Positions 14,951 through 15,851 of a stretch of 15,851 bases of DNA are shown in pieces. The position numbers were made by a program, and so were the translations under genes. Location of the stretch: the NCBI GenBank assembly GCA_049593215.1, contig JBAWGU010000619.1, positions 1 through 15,851 on the forward strand. Direction: 5' to 3'. Source of the DNA: Pyrinomonadaceae bacterium (lineage in GTDB: Bacteria; Acidobacteriota; Blastocatellia; Pyrinomonadales; Pyrinomonadaceae). Position 1 is the stretch's first letter. Every line of letters begins with the position of its first letter. The notes beneath the pieces are model-generated. The model did no database searches, had not been told where the DNA came from, and saw only the letters and a program-made list of their open reading frames with translations.

Positions 14951-15851
14951 TCAGACTATCGAGAGCATCTGCCGCACACCGCCGCGCTCAAAGTATTCTG
15001 TCGCCGTCTGCAAATCATTTGAAATCTGAAATCTCAAATCTTCAATCGAATCAAACTTTCTCTCGTCTCTCAGGCGATGCAGGAAACGCACTCTCACAAC
15101 ATCTCCGTACAAATCTCCTGACCAATTGATAACGAATGTTTCGACGGAAGGTTCCGCCTCGCTTTCAAACGTCGGGCGCGTGCCGACGTTCGTTACACTA
15201 CGCCGCCACGCGCCCTCGATTAAAGTTGCCGTCACGTAAACTCCGCTACGTGGTATGACGCGATTTTGCGGGTGAAGGTTCGCTGTCGGAAACCCAAGCG
15301 TGCGCCCGCGCTCACGCCCGCGAATGACGCGGCCCTCGACCCCGTAAGGCCGTCCCAACATACGCCGCGCCAGATTCACGCGCCCTTCCGAGAGCAGCTC
15401 ACGAATCCCGCTTGAGCTGATTCGCTGTCCGCGCAGACGTACCTCCGGCACTTCATCAGCATGGAATCCGAGACGCCCGCTCGCCTCTTTCAACAACTTG
15501 ATGTTGCCCTCGCGGTTGTGCCCGAAAGCGAAGCCGCGCCCAAGATAAACTTCCCGCGCCTGCAAGCGTTCGCACACCACATCGCGCAGGAAATCCTCTG
15601 CCCTGATCTGCGAGAAAGCCTGATTGAAACGGACGACGATGGCCTGCTCTATGCCAAGCACGCCGAAGGCTTCAATCTTCTGATCGAAAGTTTGCAGCAA
15701 AGGCGGCGCGGACTGCGGGTGAAGCACTGCGCGCGGGTGCGGGTCAAACGTAATCACAGTCGGCACTGCGTCAAGAGAGCGCGCCCGCTCGACAACCGCT
15801 CGGATGATTAACTGATGCCCCAGATGCAGCCCGTCAAACACGCCCAGCGTC
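14951..15851 (-). CDS. ribF: Bifunctional riboflavin kinase / FMN adenylyltransferase. The C-terminal about 297 aa are present and the 5' end runs past the window edge.
   Basis: [15 protein letters not shown] is the nucleotidyltransferase HxGH region and normally sits about 15-20 aa from the true N-terminus. [10 protein letters not shown] and the riboflavin kinase C-terminal half (GFPTANL..., PRSGVYV..., GTRPTF...) are present. The ORF reaches the window end. Confidence 0.9.
   Translation of the reverse strand, partial: TLGVFDGLHLGHQLIIRAVVERARSLDAVPTVITFDPHPRAVLHPQSAPPLLQTFDQKIEAFGVLGIEQAIVVRFNQAFSQIRAEDFLRDVVCERLQAREVYLGRGFAFGHNREGNIKLLKEASGRLGFHADEVPEVRLRGQRISSSGIRELLSEGRVNLARRMLGRPYGVEGRVIRGRERGRTLGFPTANLHPQNRVIPRSGVYVTATLIEGAWRRSVTNVGTRPTFESEAEPSVETFVINWSGDLYGDVVRVRFLHRLRDERKFDSIEDLRFQISNDLQTATEYFERGGVRQMLSIV

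Noticed and set aside
14940-15070. Short direct repeats (aaatct x3, gatttgaaatctgaaatctcaaatc) that look like a repeat or regulatory element.
   Set aside because: They lie inside the ribF C-terminal coding region, where they encode ...[15 protein letters not shown]... They are a coding-sequence coincidence, not an intergenic element.

Overview
This window is about 15.9 kb of a high-GC bacterial chromosome. It is densely coded, with no rRNA, tRNA or CRISPR. I call 13 protein genes. On the minus strand at the left edge is an OPT-family oligopeptide transporter gene, cut by the window. Divergent from it on the plus strand is a secreted M14 zinc-carboxypeptidase-like protein of about 790 aa. A small N-terminally anchored membrane protein precedes a 729-aa SPFH/flotillin-like protein that has an internally triplicated N-terminal region. 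On the minus strand there is an overlapping, AT-rich DUF4258/DUF2283 pair that is probably a toxin-antitoxin module. Divergent from that pair is a Hanks-type Ser/Thr kinase fused to a polytopic membrane domain. Downstream lies an AT-rich DUF2281-type antitoxin gene whose partner PIN (VapC) toxin is reduced to about 19 codons. Then come a secreted class-C beta-lactamase-fold serine hydrolase, a convergent 344-aa hypothetical protein, an ABC1/UbiB-family kinase, and the 3' part of the riboflavin kinase/FAD synthetase gene ribF. The non-coding features stand out most. Three copies of a palindromic intergenic element have arms built from tandem GCAAA(A/G)G heptamers. A strand-asymmetric array of about six degenerate 21-bp repeats lies downstream of the M14 gene. 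A perfect 13-bp-stem terminator hairpin lies between two convergent genes. The ORF track omits the two edge-truncated genes (OPT and ribF), and it prints alternative start codons (GTG/TTG) as M.
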